Shown piece by piece: positions 41,036-53,651 of a stretch of DNA of 64,000 nucleotides. This stretch comes from Adineta vaga (lineage: Eukaryota; Animalia; Rotifera). The position numbers and the translations under genes were made by a program. The notes beneath the pieces were generated by a model that had not been told where the DNA came from, made no database searches, and saw only the letters and a program-made list of their open reading frames with translations. Where the stretch lies: assembly GCA_021613535.1 (NCBI GenBank), contig CP075492.1:2790001-2854000 (forward strand). Direction: 5' to 3'. The stretch's first letter is position 1. Every line of letters begins with the position of its first letter.

Positions 41036-42240
41036 GTTTCAAACGGAATATAGGTCGACTTTTTTACCAAAATGAATTCGTTAAATTGTATCTAAAAGCA
41101 AAGACAACACTATTAATATTGGAAGAATGAAAAACGAACTACACCGAATAAATTCGAAAATTTAAGTACATACAGAGGAAAATTGCAACTTGAATGTGCG
41201 TGTCCATACGTGATAATATTCCAGAAGAAAGTAGCATACGTAAACATGACTGGGGCAATTTATAAATTATGCTTAAAAACAGAGTTCGTTTTCGCTTTTG
41301 TCTTCTATTATAAGATGAATTAAAGTTACTTTGAAATGGACAAAAATGCAAAAAAGTTTGCTTTAATGCGAAGTCCCTACTGGATTCGGTCGGACTCGAG
41401 TCTATACAATTGACTCTGCAGAATTTCTCTTTCTCTCCCTCTTCTTTACCTTTCTGTTTGATTTCAAAATAAATGTGTCACTTTACGTGTGTTTTTCCCA
41501 GTCCAAGAAGGAAAAAGCGAGACTCCAGGATTGAAATACTTTATCCGACGTCTCTAGTACTTCACTCATATTTTTTCATGAAGATACGAAATCGCACTCT
41601 TCTCCATAGCCTAGTATAATTGTAAGGTTTCGAACAATCAATTACTTATTTGCAACATAAGCTTTGATTCTGAGCAAGGTAAGAGGTAATAGCAAATTCT
41701 CGATTATGTGATGCCTGGAATCTGGCAGAGTACATTTTCCTTGGGTTTACCGATTCAATAATTTTTTGTCTTCAGGATGTTGCCAATGAGCGATATATAA
41801 AATTGATTGACTAGCAACTAAAAACTGGGTTCTTCCATCTCAAATATGTGAGAAGTTCCACTTGGTGACAAAGCTACAAGGGCACGATAAAACTTTCTCA
41901 TTTATCCTCATTTCACTGACCAGTCGGATATAAAATTGAGAAATGTCAGCTTGTATACAAGGCTGTATGGACTTGTGTATCAAAAAACGAAAAAGAACCA
42001 CCTCCACTGAATAAAATACACGCATATATGAAAAAGAAAAAGAAAAAGAGAATGAGTAGCGTCCTAGATAAGATTCTTTCTCGAAGAAAAAAACGAAGCA
42101 AAAAGCGCAGACTAGTATATGTGAAGAAAGAGATGAAAAAGAATGTATTCAAAAGTAGGGTGCTGGAGAGGAGTAAAGAGAAAATCACAGTAGACATTCT
42201 GATTAAAAAATGGTGATGATATTATAGTCTGAATTCTGAT

Positions 42241-42260
42241 CACTCACCCACACCCAAACC
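42241..42260. repeat. Telomere-like repeat, C-rich arm
   Basis: CACTCACCCACACCCAAACC; the G-rich partner is weak. Confidence 0.5.
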
Positions 42261-42791
42261 TTTACCAGAGACAGAGAGAGATAAAAAAGGAATAAAAATG
42301 GTAAAGTTCTATATTATAATTTAGATAGAAACCGTCTACAAGTTTGTATTATTAACTCACTGAGAAACATGTAATACGAGAGTCCAAAATTTACAGTGCT
42401 TGAAACGTCCACGTATAAAAATACGATGGATAAATATATATCGAGTCATGAAAGAGAGCAAGTCATTGTATTCGTTGAATAAAACGACAGACAAAGTATC
42501 CTTCGTCAGAATATAGTGTTTTTTCGTTGATTCTTATCTAGTCTGTAATTCTCATGTCTACAGTCGCTTTCTAATTTTGGTTCATTTACCAAAGATGTTC
42601 TTCCGTAACTTTTTCGATGCGTTGAGAAAACGACCATTTAAATTGTTCTTATTTAGATGATTTTTCATCTTTTACTAGACTTTGAACAAGTCAGTTTGAT
42701 TCTGTAACTCATTTACGCCATTGAATAGTTGTCTCGAACATCTTATATTTTCGCTTTGCCTATAGATCCTTATGAATAGATGCTAGTAGTT

Positions 42792-42844
42792 TGAGATGGG
42801 TGTGCGTTATGAATAAGAGAACATTCACACCCACACTCACTCAC
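42792..42844. repeat. Telomere-like inverted repeat unit
   Basis: TGAGATGGGTGTG-(~21 nt)-CACACCCACACTCACTCAC; a more degenerate copy follows at ~42918-42970. Confidence 0.7.
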
Positions 42845-43463
42845 GGATAAAATCCGAAATTTCCGCATTTATTTTTATTATATGCAAAATTTGAGTCATT
42901 TCCAAGAAAACAAAATGGTGTGCATGTGAGTTTGAGAATATGCCGTGCACCTCTTATTCTCATCCACACTAGAGTTTTCAATTTTCACTTTTTTTCCTTA
43001 AAAAGTAATTTTAAAAAGTTCTTATATATGTAGAATTGCACTAGTTATCGATTGAAACAACTTCAGAGTGAAAGCAGGTCTTAGCAGAACGATCACAACA
43101 TTTTAATAGGAGATGTACTTTAAATCTGAGCGTAATTAAAGTTCGAGTTCGGTTCGAAAATTCTTGAATCCGATGGGCTCTAACTCACATCCTTCATACC
43201 TCTCCCTCCTATTGAGTAAAACCGCAATGTGAAATAATCCTCAACAGTCGAAACCTCGACCTAATATCTACCATAATAGAGAAAATCTGAACGCGAATTT
43301 GAGCAAGCGAACTCATTACGCGTACACCATCCTTTCAATAGAAAGAATTATATTTTTCTGATGAGTGGTTGACATTACATAAACCAATGAATGTAAGGGT
43401 ATGCGGGCGATTGATCGCGCCTATATAATTTAATGGTAAAAACAATAAGTAGAAACAAGTGCT

Positions 43464-46400
43464 TTAAGAAAGTTGTGGTTTGATACGTATTCGGTTTTTC
43501 AGTAAAGTCACAATGATCCCTATACGTGGTATGATAATACGAATAATTAATGATATTCCAGTGAAAAGGCTAAGAAATGTAGTAAGTACATAGAGAAAAT
43601 CAAAACGTTGTATTATCGAATAAGTACAGTAACGCACAGCACATGCCGTAAAAAATGACTCGTAAGATATGTTAGTTAACCAAGCATCGACGAAAAGGTC
43701 GTTAACAATGGTAGAAAAAGTATCATTGATCGAGAAATGTTGTATTGATGAACTGTTCAGTGGAGCAAATCGTGGCCCAAAAAATACACTATTCCAAGGA
43801 GTGGAGTTGGCACCATTTGGATCGCCAAGTGCTGTAGCTGCGAACAACGAAACTAAACAGGAATTTGAATAAAAGCACGAAAGAGACGACGCTAAATATG
43901 ATTCGATTAGAGAGCAACCATGTTGGACACCGTCGACTACATAGAGCAATGTTCCATCTGATGCATAGATACCAGCAGCTTCCATACAAGTGCGTGTAAT
44001 AGCACAAGAACAGGATGAATTATATAGAATTGGTTCCGTAAAAACAGTAATACCATTCACATCATATGGTTGTTTTGCCACTGGCATCCAGTTCGTAGCA
44101 TAAAAAGACATCAAATTATTGCCTTGTATCATATCTTGATAAAATTTCAGTGTTTGCACAAAATTATTACGTGTATCATCTAAAAATCGATCAATTTGTA
44201 AATTAATTTGAGATTCAAATTGACTACGAGTCATTGGTTGATTAATGAGAAGAGATGACGATTGAAAATTAGTAATAGCACTATTTATAGTGATGTTAGC
44301 TAATGTACAAAATGATGCAATCCAAATAAAAAATCCACTCCCCCACCGACGAAAATCAGCTAAATGTACCCATTCTATGTCATAATTCCTCCCACTAAGC
44401 CAATAGATCCATTCAGAACGACCCTTCACATAGTCACTCAGGCATACGGGATGCAAAGTTGCTTTTATTTGTGTGATGAACAAACGATGATTAATAGAAA
44501 TTTTTGAACAAGGACATCGAAGAGTATCGCTATAGAGTACTTCTAATCGTTCATAATCTTGAATCGAAGGATTCATTATAGTCTTCGAATAACTTCGTTT
44601 GGTTAGACTTGTCGATATAATTATTATTAATATAGATATTGAGAAAAGTATTAGATAAATTTTTGTATAAAGACATTCGCGATGCAATGTATCGATTGTA
44701 CTTGATCGAGTATAGAACCAGTTAAGAGATGATATTTTTAACCAGAATCTTTTATATACAGGAATTGTTTGGACAATTGTCAAACCTACATACACAAAAA
44801 TAAATGTCATGTCTATCGTTATTTATACTTACTATTTTGTTGATAATTTGTTCGATAACATTTCCGTCTCAGACATATTAGTGCAAGTCGTACAAACCAC
44901 GGCACTACTATTTTTAATCCTTTACTTAAACCACCATAGATAGCAATAATCGTCAGTATAGTATAAAAGATATCATATCGTTCTTCTTCTGTATAATCAC
45001 ACGAATTAGGCGCACAACCAGAGTAAAAGTTCTCATAAGAAATATTGATATTCCAATTCTCAAGAAACAATTCATTCATTAACTGATTGATCGGTGTTCG
45101 AGGTGAAAATCGACTTGGAAGATTGATATTCAATGGTGTAATATTAAACATATTTGTATTAATTGTTTCAAGTGACCATTGACGAATTTTATTGAAACAG
45201 ATTAAATCAAACCAACATTCAAATGTAGAGAACATAATACCATCCATTAATAAGCAACCTACATATAATCCTTTCAGATAGTAGAAAGACGCAGATGTGT
45301 TATCATAAATACGTTGAACAAACACACAATTAGAAGTATCACCATTACAAGAGCAACTTTTTGTAGCATGAGTAGGATCATCAAATTCGAGGATTAACAA
45401 GTTGCTTATGTGCATTGTCATTTGACCATCTGATTTTACAATGAACTGTGCATTTGAACTGGGTACAGTTACAAATTGACTGGCTGCAGTTGCATTTCGT
45501 ATTAAAGCAAACATACGTGTAAATTCACTCACAGTTTCATTGGTAAATGTATCAATGAGTCGTTGTGCTTGTTCATCAAATTGCCATTGAGGTAAGATTT
45601 CATTGTTGATAAACGACGTGGTTTTAAGCACACGTATTGAATCAGTAATAGTACGATTGACGAGAAAACAAAACGATTGAAGCATTGGAAAGTACAAAGG
45701 CCAAATGAAATCGGCTGAAGAAGATATATATAAAAAAGTAATGTTTTGTTCAAAAAAACGATTGTACCATATTGGAGAAATACAATCACTTGAACAAATT
45801 TGATGCATTGTTGGCGTAATCTGAATAAAATCACTATAACTGATAGATAGTTGAGAGCATTCACATCTAAGTGAATCAGAATATTTTTCATATAAGTTAT
45901 TAAAAGTATCTTGTGACGGTGATGGTATTGAAATGCTTTTTATTTGTACAGAAAATAATGTATAAACACTGAGACCAATAATAGAAATTAATAAACAAAT
46001 CAAATAAACACGACTGGTGATTTGTTGACGATAAATAACATTTTCATCGCGAGAGTATGTATCAAATATATTTAATTTCAGCCATTGATCGAGTATTCGA
46101 TTTGGTATAGATCGAACCAAAAGAATAAATGTTTGAACTTGAATTAATTATTAAATATTAGAATGAAATCAATTTTTCTTTAAACTTACCACAAGTCCGA
46201 GGATTTGTATGAATGACTTCAACAGTTGGTAGTGTTGTCCGTCGACGCCGTTGATTCAAAGCTAAAGTTCCTCTTACAATCAATGGTGCAAGCAATTTGA
46301 GAATGACAGTTAATCCTCCCATGATACCCACGACTGAGGTAAACATAAAAACTTTATCAAATCGACGCGAATAAATATACGTGCATATTGATGGATTACA

Positions 46401-47486
46401 ATTTGTATAATACGAAGCGAATGAAGTTTGAACTGTCATTTCATCAATAAATACTTTATCGACTAATGTTTGAATAGTTGAATTCATATTAAATTGTGTC
46501 GATGAAATTGAAGATAATGGTGTAACATTGAACATCGGATGTATTAGTTTCAAACAATCTGATGTATAATAACACTCAAATGTCGAAGCAAGCACAGCAT
46601 TAAGTGGATAACAATCAAACATTATTCCTGGAATGTTCTTGCTAATATTGAGTTTATTGTAAATACCTTTCGTATCCCACATATCATATTCATAGAGACC
46701 AGAAACTTTGGGACAACCATCGATTTTTATACATGAGCAATCGTCATAAATGTTCATTATAGGAGGTGCGTAGAATTGATTACGTCGTTGTACAAAATAA
46801 GTTTGTAAATGAGCATTGGTAGCTAAGCCAGAAACAAGTTGATTATCAGAAATCATGCGACGAATAGCAAGCAAATTTCGTGCTATTGCAGTTTGAGTAG
46901 AAGTTAAAGCGAAATCGCGAGATGCTTCTGCTCGTGTTTCGACTTCAATTGATGACATGACTTGTGGACTGAAAAGTGTTGAAACTTTATAATCAAGGAT
47001 TGATTTTGTAACCGCTTCATAGAGATTTTGGCAAAAAGCGGAAACTAATTGCCAAAATGTACTCAATATAGTACGCACATCCATTGGCCAAATATGAGTA
47101 ATATTTGCTGCATAAACTTTCTGAATCCATTCGAATGAAATGAACGAACTTGAACATACTGGATGAAATTTGACTTCGATTTGTGCAAATGTTTCATAAG
47201 AAATTGCTATTTTCGAACATGAACATTGAAGAGTCCTGTTATAATGCTCAAGTAAATTTTCAAATTGAATATAACTTGGATAATCAACAATAACTGTGTT
47301 AGTGCGAATTTTCAAACCAGTGTAAATAATCAGTGCAATACAAATAATTATTATTAAACAAAGATAAACACGAGTAGATAAACGTTCACGTCGTACTGTC
47401 TCGATATCATTCAAATCTGATTCGAACCAATTGAGTGTAGCAAGTTGCTTACCGATCCACCTAATAGCACGCATAACCATCATCAT
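43464..47486 (-). CDS. Single ~1,307-aa membrane protein of three tandem 2-TM / Cys-rich ectodomain units (3 exons)
   Basis: Phase-1 introns at 46189-46138 (GTAAG...TCAAG, 52 nt) and 44832-44786 (GTAAGT...TGTAG, 47 nt) remove the apparent stops and join the three ORFs in frame. Each unit has [ST][RK][VI]YL-TM1, L.C.CS...I, H.[VI]C.S and C....C.Y...R[FY]D-TM2. Confidence 0.82.
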
Positions 47487-47908
47487 TTCAATTCAAATCA
47501 TAAAAAGAATTTTAGAAAAAAAACGGAGTCTTTTATTCTTCATTTAAATTATATAAAAGTAAAGAAAATTATTTTCATATAACAGAGAAATGGTAAAGAA
47601 ATATATTTCCGTTTTTTTTGTCTATAGTTTTGCAGGAAATACTTCTAGATTTAATATCATGCTTTACAGAATATATTCTTATGATAGAATAGATAATCAA
47701 AAATTTAAATGATGTAGTTTATTTCTATGATAAAGAATCAATATTTCCTTCCAGAAAATAATAAACTCATTTTTATCATAATTAAAGTAGAAATGCATGA
47801 TATAGTCATCTTATATTTTTACTCATTTTTCTCTTCGTATAATTGTTATGTCAGGACAAACATTAATATAACATATTATATAGTTATATCTGTTCGAGTA
47901 ATACAGCC

Positions 47909-47968
47909 GAGGTAGGTGAGGGGCGTGAGTGAGGGTATTTTCTTTTGTTATTTCCACGCTAACCCTTC
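47909..47968. repeat. Telomere-like inverted repeat unit (degenerate)
   Basis: GAGGTAGGTGAGGGGCGTGAGTGAGGG...CCACGCTAACCCTTC. Confidence 0.55.
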
Positions 47969-48806
47969 GAGAATTATTAGAAATGTTCTAGAATTTAAAA
48001 TTATTTATCATTGAATATGGATAGAATTTCAAAGAAATATCAAATGAAACATATTGAAAATTAGACTCAATTTATTCAAATGAATTCATAACGATACAAA
48101 TATTAGAGATATGATGTCTTTTTGCCATTCATTTTAAAATCATATCAATCGATCACTTTAATCTATCAGCACGAAGTATAACTATGAGAAGAAATCTTAT
48201 TTTAAGAAAAATGATGTGAATTTTCTTTCAATTCTCTTCCATTCTAAGTACAAAAGAAAAATACAAAAAACTATTCATTTTGATCGTTTCTATAGATGTT
48301 GCATACGACGTCAGATGATGCGACGTTTAATACATATCTTTCTTTCTTTATTTATTTATTTTTCTTGTCGACATAAAAGCAGCAATACGGTTGGCAGAAA
48401 CTCGAAAGTGAATGTGTGTATGATTCTTTGTTTCTTATATAGATATTTTTTAAACATCTTTTGCCTGATTGCAGTTAACAATACATCCAGAAAAGAGTTA
48501 ACAGGCAAGTAACGCTCGTTGACAACATCTACTTCGACTTCGACAAAACTTTGGTATGAAGATAAGGAAAAAAACACTTACGTCATTATTTTAACTCGTG
48601 CTAATCAAACTCCTAAAGGCACCAAATTAATCAGCACCATGATGCACTCGTTTTTTTTCTTTTGTCCGTTATACAATTACAGGTACTTGAATGAAAAATG
48701 ATGACAACATTTATTGACAGTAACTTATCATGACAAATATCTTGAACGGATGCGTACTTCTTCATCGTTGTTCATCCAATCAATTAAACTTTTCTTTATA
48801 TATATA

Positions 48807-48855
48807 GTGTATGAGTGTGCATGTGAATGTTCTCTTAACACGGACTCACATTCAC
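48807..48855. repeat. Telomere-like inverted repeat unit (degenerate)
   Basis: GTGTATGAGTGTGCATGTGAATGT...ACTCACATTCAC. Confidence 0.4.
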
Positions 48856-49095
48856 AGGATTCTATTATCTTTTTAAAATGTTAGCACAACATTATATTGT
48901 ATTGTTACAGACTATTTGTGCAGGAAAATAATTATGGTTCAACCCGCCCATAATTGGACACATCACAGAAGTAATTCTAACAATATAATCGATTTACTCA
49001 TATGCTTTCCGAGTAAGTTTTTATGCGAGATAGTTTCTTAGTCAAGCATTTTCTCATAATAACATCAAGGAGGACATAGAAGGAGCAAGCTAAAA

Positions 49096-49836
49096 ATGCT
49101 CATGGTCTGTTTGATATGGTTGATATTTTTTGTATTTGGTATCGTGTTCACTATATTATATATAATGACTAAGTTTTCTTCTATAACATATGGTATTTGG
49201 ATATATCGGTTTCAGAATATTGGTAAGAGCACCTGTTTGATCAATTTCATCTTTCGACTATCTAATCATTTAGAATTCTTTCTATCTGCATCACCAAACA
49301 TCTTGGAACGAATAAACGAGGATTTTAAGACAAAAGCTGCTAATAACACTGCTTGAAACACGAATTGTTTGACACATACTATGGTACCGGGTGAAACATT
49401 ATTCATACTTGCGTTCAAATATGGAGTTACGGTGGATGAGATTATCGCTTTAAATCCGCCAGTGAATTCGATTAATCGAATGGAAAAACAGTTAGACATA
49501 TGACTAACATGTTATGGTATGTACAACATTTCAGTAAAATATTCTCTTTTTAAATATCTTATTTGATCAGTATCGTCACCGCAGCGTGTATATTATCCTG
49601 GTATGTTTTCTGGCTCAAGAGCTTGGTTTCAACATACTGTTATTTCAGGAGCCACAACTAGCAATATCGCGCGAAAACATGCCGTCTTGTTTGAAAGTAT
49701 TATAACTGCCAATCTGGGAATTCAACCAGATGCGTTAGTTCCTGGACAGAAAATTCAAGTACCTGTTAGCGTTAGACAAGGTTTTTGGTTTCTGACTAAC
49801 TGTCAATTACAAGAGCACCGAAGTGATCAATGTTAA
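49096..49836 (+). pseudogene. TM-anchored/secreted LysM-repeat gene with premature stops
   Basis: Hydrophobic N-terminus. LysM motifs HTMVPGETLFILAFKYGVTVDEIIALNP and HTVISGATTSNIARKH...IITANLGIQPDALVPGQKIQVP. In-frame 54-nt intron at 49517-49570. In-frame TGA at 49354 and 49501. Confidence 0.7.
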
Positions 49837-49851
49837 TATCTTTCGAAAAAT

Positions 49852-49898
49852 GGGTGTGGGTGTGAGTAAGATAGATATAAATACCCATACCCACACCC
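49852..49898. repeat. Telomere-like inverted repeat unit (best-conserved copy)
   Basis: GGGTGTGGGTGTGAGTA-13 nt-TACCCATACCCACACCC, with 15 of 17 positions complementary. Lies between convergent genes. Confidence 0.85.
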
Positions 49899-50084
49899 TA
49901 TTAGCGTCGATGAAACGATGAAAAGTTAAGCATATTCATATAAGGAACAATACGACCTTTTTATTTATTTTAGTTTTAAAAATGTATCGATTGAATTTGT
50001 ATGTTAGTAGCCACGATGTATTTCTTTTAAAAGATTGGTTTAATTTGAAATAAGCCTTTTTTTATGTGTTTATTAATTCTGAAA

Positions 50085-51746
50085 TCAGTTATCGTCTGGT
50101 TTATTTAACTGCTGTTGTATTAATCGAAGATTATCAGAGAATTCTTGTGATTGCGGATGTTCTTTTGTTAGAGACTTTGTAGAGATCTCGGCTGCTCTAG
50201 TAGCAAATGGCAGTGCTTTTTCATACAATTTTTGATTGATAAAAGTGCAAGCGATATTATTTAAAGTAATAGCTAATGATGGATGATCAGATGGTAGAGA
50301 ATCGGATTTGATTACAAGAGCCTTGTTAAAATAAGAGAATGCACTGACATAGTCTTTTTGAGCATAGATGACAGCAGCAATATTACTATATGACTGAGCA
50401 ATGTCAGGATGTGTTTCTGGCAAACATTCAAGTCGTAATTTTAAGGCTTGCTCATAATAATGTTGCGCACGCTCAAAGTTCTTTTGTTTATAATAAACAG
50501 TACCAAGATTACTAAATTGATCCGCAATTTTTTTGTTAGAAACAGATCCGTTCTGATTTAGTTCAATCGCATGATGTAAATGATTTAAAGCTTGTTGATG
50601 TTGACCAAGTTCTTGACAAACTAAACCAAGATTCTCATAGCATTCAGCAGAATTTGAATCGTATTCTATTGACTGTTGAAAATATTCAGCAGCTTTCGAA
50701 TAGAGACGTTTATCCATATAAATTGTTCCTAAATCACTGTAGAGTTGTGCTTGGTCCTTTGGATTATTCGAGAACGTTGTTATTTTCGTCATCAACATTT
50801 GATAGAAATGTTCTGCCTTATCATATTGACATAAGGTTTTCATCAATCCACCTAAGGTAAACAAAGGGTTTGGTCCTTGTAGCTCAGCTCGCATATATTC
50901 AGTCAATTGATTTAATCTTAAATCTTCATCACCATTCAATAACAATTGAACTTTCCATATACCACTCGGCAGTCTGTCAACCTGTTGAATGCGAAATATA
51001 GTACCCATAGAAAAAAGAATTTCTTTTTCGCCCGGAACTTCACTATATTGTTGAATATCTGCAAACGGACTTTGGCACTTATTAACATCAATCGTCATTT
51101 CGAATAGAACAGATCGAATACCCTGAGAACCCATTTTCTGTGTAGCAAATGATAATGCTACTTTTCGTTCAATAGTCGTCGATAGAAACGTATTGAATGA
51201 AATAAGACCACCACAATTTTGTTCAATTTGCCTGAAACCATCTTCTTGTAGACTAATACCGCGATAAACGGTAATTGAAGTTGATTTCAGAGTTTGAATA
51301 AATTGTGAATGAAGTTTTACTAATTCTAAGTGTAAATCTTTCACAAAAAATCGCATTTTATATAAGACGTTAATATCTTGTGTTAACAATGCGCTATTGA
51401 GCATTTTGGACATAAATGTTGGTCGTGTATACCACCAAACAGCACGTTCTGGCTTATATTCAACATCAAGTTCATCAATATAAGATAGTTCAAGTGAATC
51501 ATTAGCAAATCGCTTACAGCATTCGATAATTAAGTCTTTGCGAATGTTGTCATCCGAAACGTCCATCGATACAAGTAATTCTCGTAAGAGTCGTGCATAC
51601 ATAAACGAAGGATCTTGACGATCTCGTGGTGTCGTAACACTGGGCACAACAGTCGCTGGCTTTGGCGCAACTGTAAATGACACATTATCATTGGAAGAGC
51701 GTGTTACGCTGTTATTTTTTATTTTATCTTCAGCATTGGATTTGAT
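50085..51746 (-). CDS. NAD:arginine-type ADP-ribosyltransferase (R-S-E) + TPR protein
   Basis: WWYT...YRG...FNTFLSTT...GEKEILF followed by ~6 TPRs (LPETHPDIAQSYSNIA). Acceptor at 51747. Probable small upstream exons 51945-51880 and 51839-51797; the latter is in frame only if a T6 run is T5. Confidence 0.88.
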   Translation of the reverse strand: MKSNAEDKIKNNSVTRSSNDNVSFTVAPKPATVVPSVTTPRDRQDPSFMYARLLRELLVSMDVSDDNIRKDLIIECCKRFANDSLELSYIDELDVEYKPERAVWWYTRPTFMSKMLNSALLTQDINVLYKMRFFVKDLHLELVKLHSQFIQTLKSTSITVYRGISLQEDGFRQIEQNCGGLISFNTFLSTTIERKVALSFATQKMGSQGIRSVLFEMTIDVNKCQSPFADIQQYSEVPGEKEILFSMGTIFRIQQVDRLPSGIWKVQLLLNGDEDLRLNQLTEYMRAELQGPNPLFTLGGLMKTLCQYDKAEHFYQMLMTKITTFSNNPKDQAQLYSDLGTIYMDKRLYSKAAEYFQQSIEYDSNSAECYENLGLVCQELGQHQQALNHLHHAIELNQNGSVSNKKIADQFSNLGTVYYKQKNFERAQHYYEQALKLRLECLPETHPDIAQSYSNIAAVIYAQKDYVSAFSYFNKALVIKSDSLPSDHPSLAITLNNIACTFINQKLYEKALPFATRAAEISTKSLTKEHPQSQEFSDNLRLIQQQLNKPDDN

Positions 51747-52171
51747 CTATCAAAAAGAATATGTAAGACATACAATATTGTTACTGTGACATATACCTTG
51801 TGCCCTATGAAATTTTCAAAAAAGTCTCAAACTTTTAGGCTATACATACGGTTTAGTTGTGAGAGATAAGAGTACAAACCTTAGATTCATATTGATCGGG
51901 AGAATCATTAACTTTATCGAAAGTTTCAACATTTCCATGCTCCATAGCGTAATATCATATACAAAAATAAACTACCAGCGTATTCTGCTACTTTATCTCA
52001 ACGGTAGCTGAGAGACAATATGAATATTTTATTTAAAAAAAAGTTTTATTTATTCTCAAGCAACGCCGACGGAAATTCAATTTCTTTCTTTAAGGTTGCA
52101 ATTCTTCATCTTTTTTTCTTTTTACTTTTAATAAAATGGCGTGTTTTTCGGACGAAAGGCAAAGCACAAAC

Positions 52172-52223
52172 GGGTAGGTGTGGGTGAGCGTATGGGTCTG
52201 AATATAACACAGACACCCACACC
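52172..52223. repeat. Telomere-like inverted repeat unit
   Basis: GGGTAGGTGTGGGTGAG...GACACCCACACC, between divergent genes. Confidence 0.75.
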
Positions 52224-52506
52224 ATCAAGAATTTCTATTCTTTCAGTAATGTATATACACACTGGAGTGTTCTATTGTAATGACTTTATATAAAGGCAGT
52301 TTTGATCTTTTTGATGATCATGTTAATCTATCTACATTCTCTAATGGAAATATTTTTATGTGTTCAACTAAGCATAATTCATCTATAATATTAGTATTCA
52401 TGTTCATTTGTGTGTGCGCTTTCTGAAGTTTCATTTCATTTTTTTTCTTACATTTTTGTCATTACTTTTTCTTCGTCAAAATTCTCTTCAAATTACATTT
52501 GTATAT

Positions 52507-53421
52507 ATGGATTTTCCTTCAATTATTAATCGAATCTACATCTCTGTAAGCTGTTTGAATTTTCTCGTTGCGTTTGGATTTCTTACATTAGCCTGTCTTT
52601 ATCGAAGACAATGTTTCAATTTTCCAACACTCTTAGCTTGTAATACTGCATTAGCCGTGTTATTATCCTCTGCTAATCATATAGCAATAGCTATCTATAT
52701 GTTTATATGGGATCAAAACGATACACCTCAAATAGATGCATTATGTGCCTTCCGTGCATATTTTTATCATTCAACAAGTGCTTGCGTTCCTCATTCATTC
52801 ATCTTATTAGCTATTGAAAGATATTGTAAAATTCGACAATTTACATTTCTCAAGACTCAATATCGAAAGAAGTGTTTGGTTCTCCTTCAATGGGTATTTG
52901 ATCTTACGTTTACTTTACCTATTCTCTTTACAGGTAATATGACAAAAGTTGCATCGGATAATTTATGCTTTGTAACATTGACAAGACTTAATTTGATATT
53001 TTATATTGCTGTAATAACAAATCCATTAACCATGATCACTCTGATCATAATCTATCGATTATTGGTACGTCATATGCATCAAGTTTCAACGAGACTAAAC
53101 AATAATCAGCACATGCGACTACAACGAGATGTAATCGTACTTCGTCGTATTGTTTTACTTAATTCTCAATTAGTTCTAGTTGCAATACCACTAGTTATTC
53201 TTATTTATCTCATTATATTTAAGGGCGATCTTTTACCTAATAAAATTATGCGTATCTTGCTGTTAATGTCGAATTTACCGTTTTTATCTATGTTAATCAT
53301 TCTATTATTGTTGACACCAGATCTTCGACAAAGTTTGATTGAATGTCGAAATAAATTCAAATTCTGTAGATCAACAAGAAATACTCCTGTGCAAATAATA
53401 TCGCCTACCATTCGCTTTTAA
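52507..53421 (+). CDS. Rhodopsin-like (class A) orphan GPCR
   Basis: Seven hydrophobic segments, ECL1 Cys (LCAFRAY), AIERY (DRY-like), ECL2 Cys (NLCFV) and LTPDLR after TM7. Likely ATG at 52507. Confidence 0.8.
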   Translation: MDFPSIINRIYISVSCLNFLVAFGFLTLACLYRRQCFNFPTLLACNTALAVLLSSANHIAIAIYMFIWDQNDTPQIDALCAFRAYFYHSTSACVPHSFILLAIERYCKIRQFTFLKTQYRKKCLVLLQWVFDLTFTLPILFTGNMTKVASDNLCFVTLTRLNLIFYIAVITNPLTMITLIIIYRLLVRHMHQVSTRLNNNQHMRLQRDVIVLRRIVLLNSQLVLVAIPLVILIYLIIFKGDLLPNKIMRILLLMSNLPFLSMLIILLLLTPDLRQSLIECRNKFKFCRSTRNTPVQIISPTIRF

Positions 53422-53651
53422 CTGAACATGATTTATTTTCAAAAACAAGATTAGACGATACGTCCTTTAGCCATGTTTGGTTGAATGATTGCAATAATAT
53501 AAGGGTTTGTTACGTGACCTAATGGTACTTGTTATTCTTTTCTATTTTCTTCTTCATCTCTTTCCTTGTTCATTATACTTAGATGATGATATCATAGATA
53601 TATCTCTCTTTGTCTTTTTCTGACCTTCGTTTCTTTCTTCCCGCGCGCATA

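Noticed and set aside
41840-42216. Lys-rich and Phe-rich ORFs
   Set aside because: Translation of purine-rich, low-complexity intergenic DNA.
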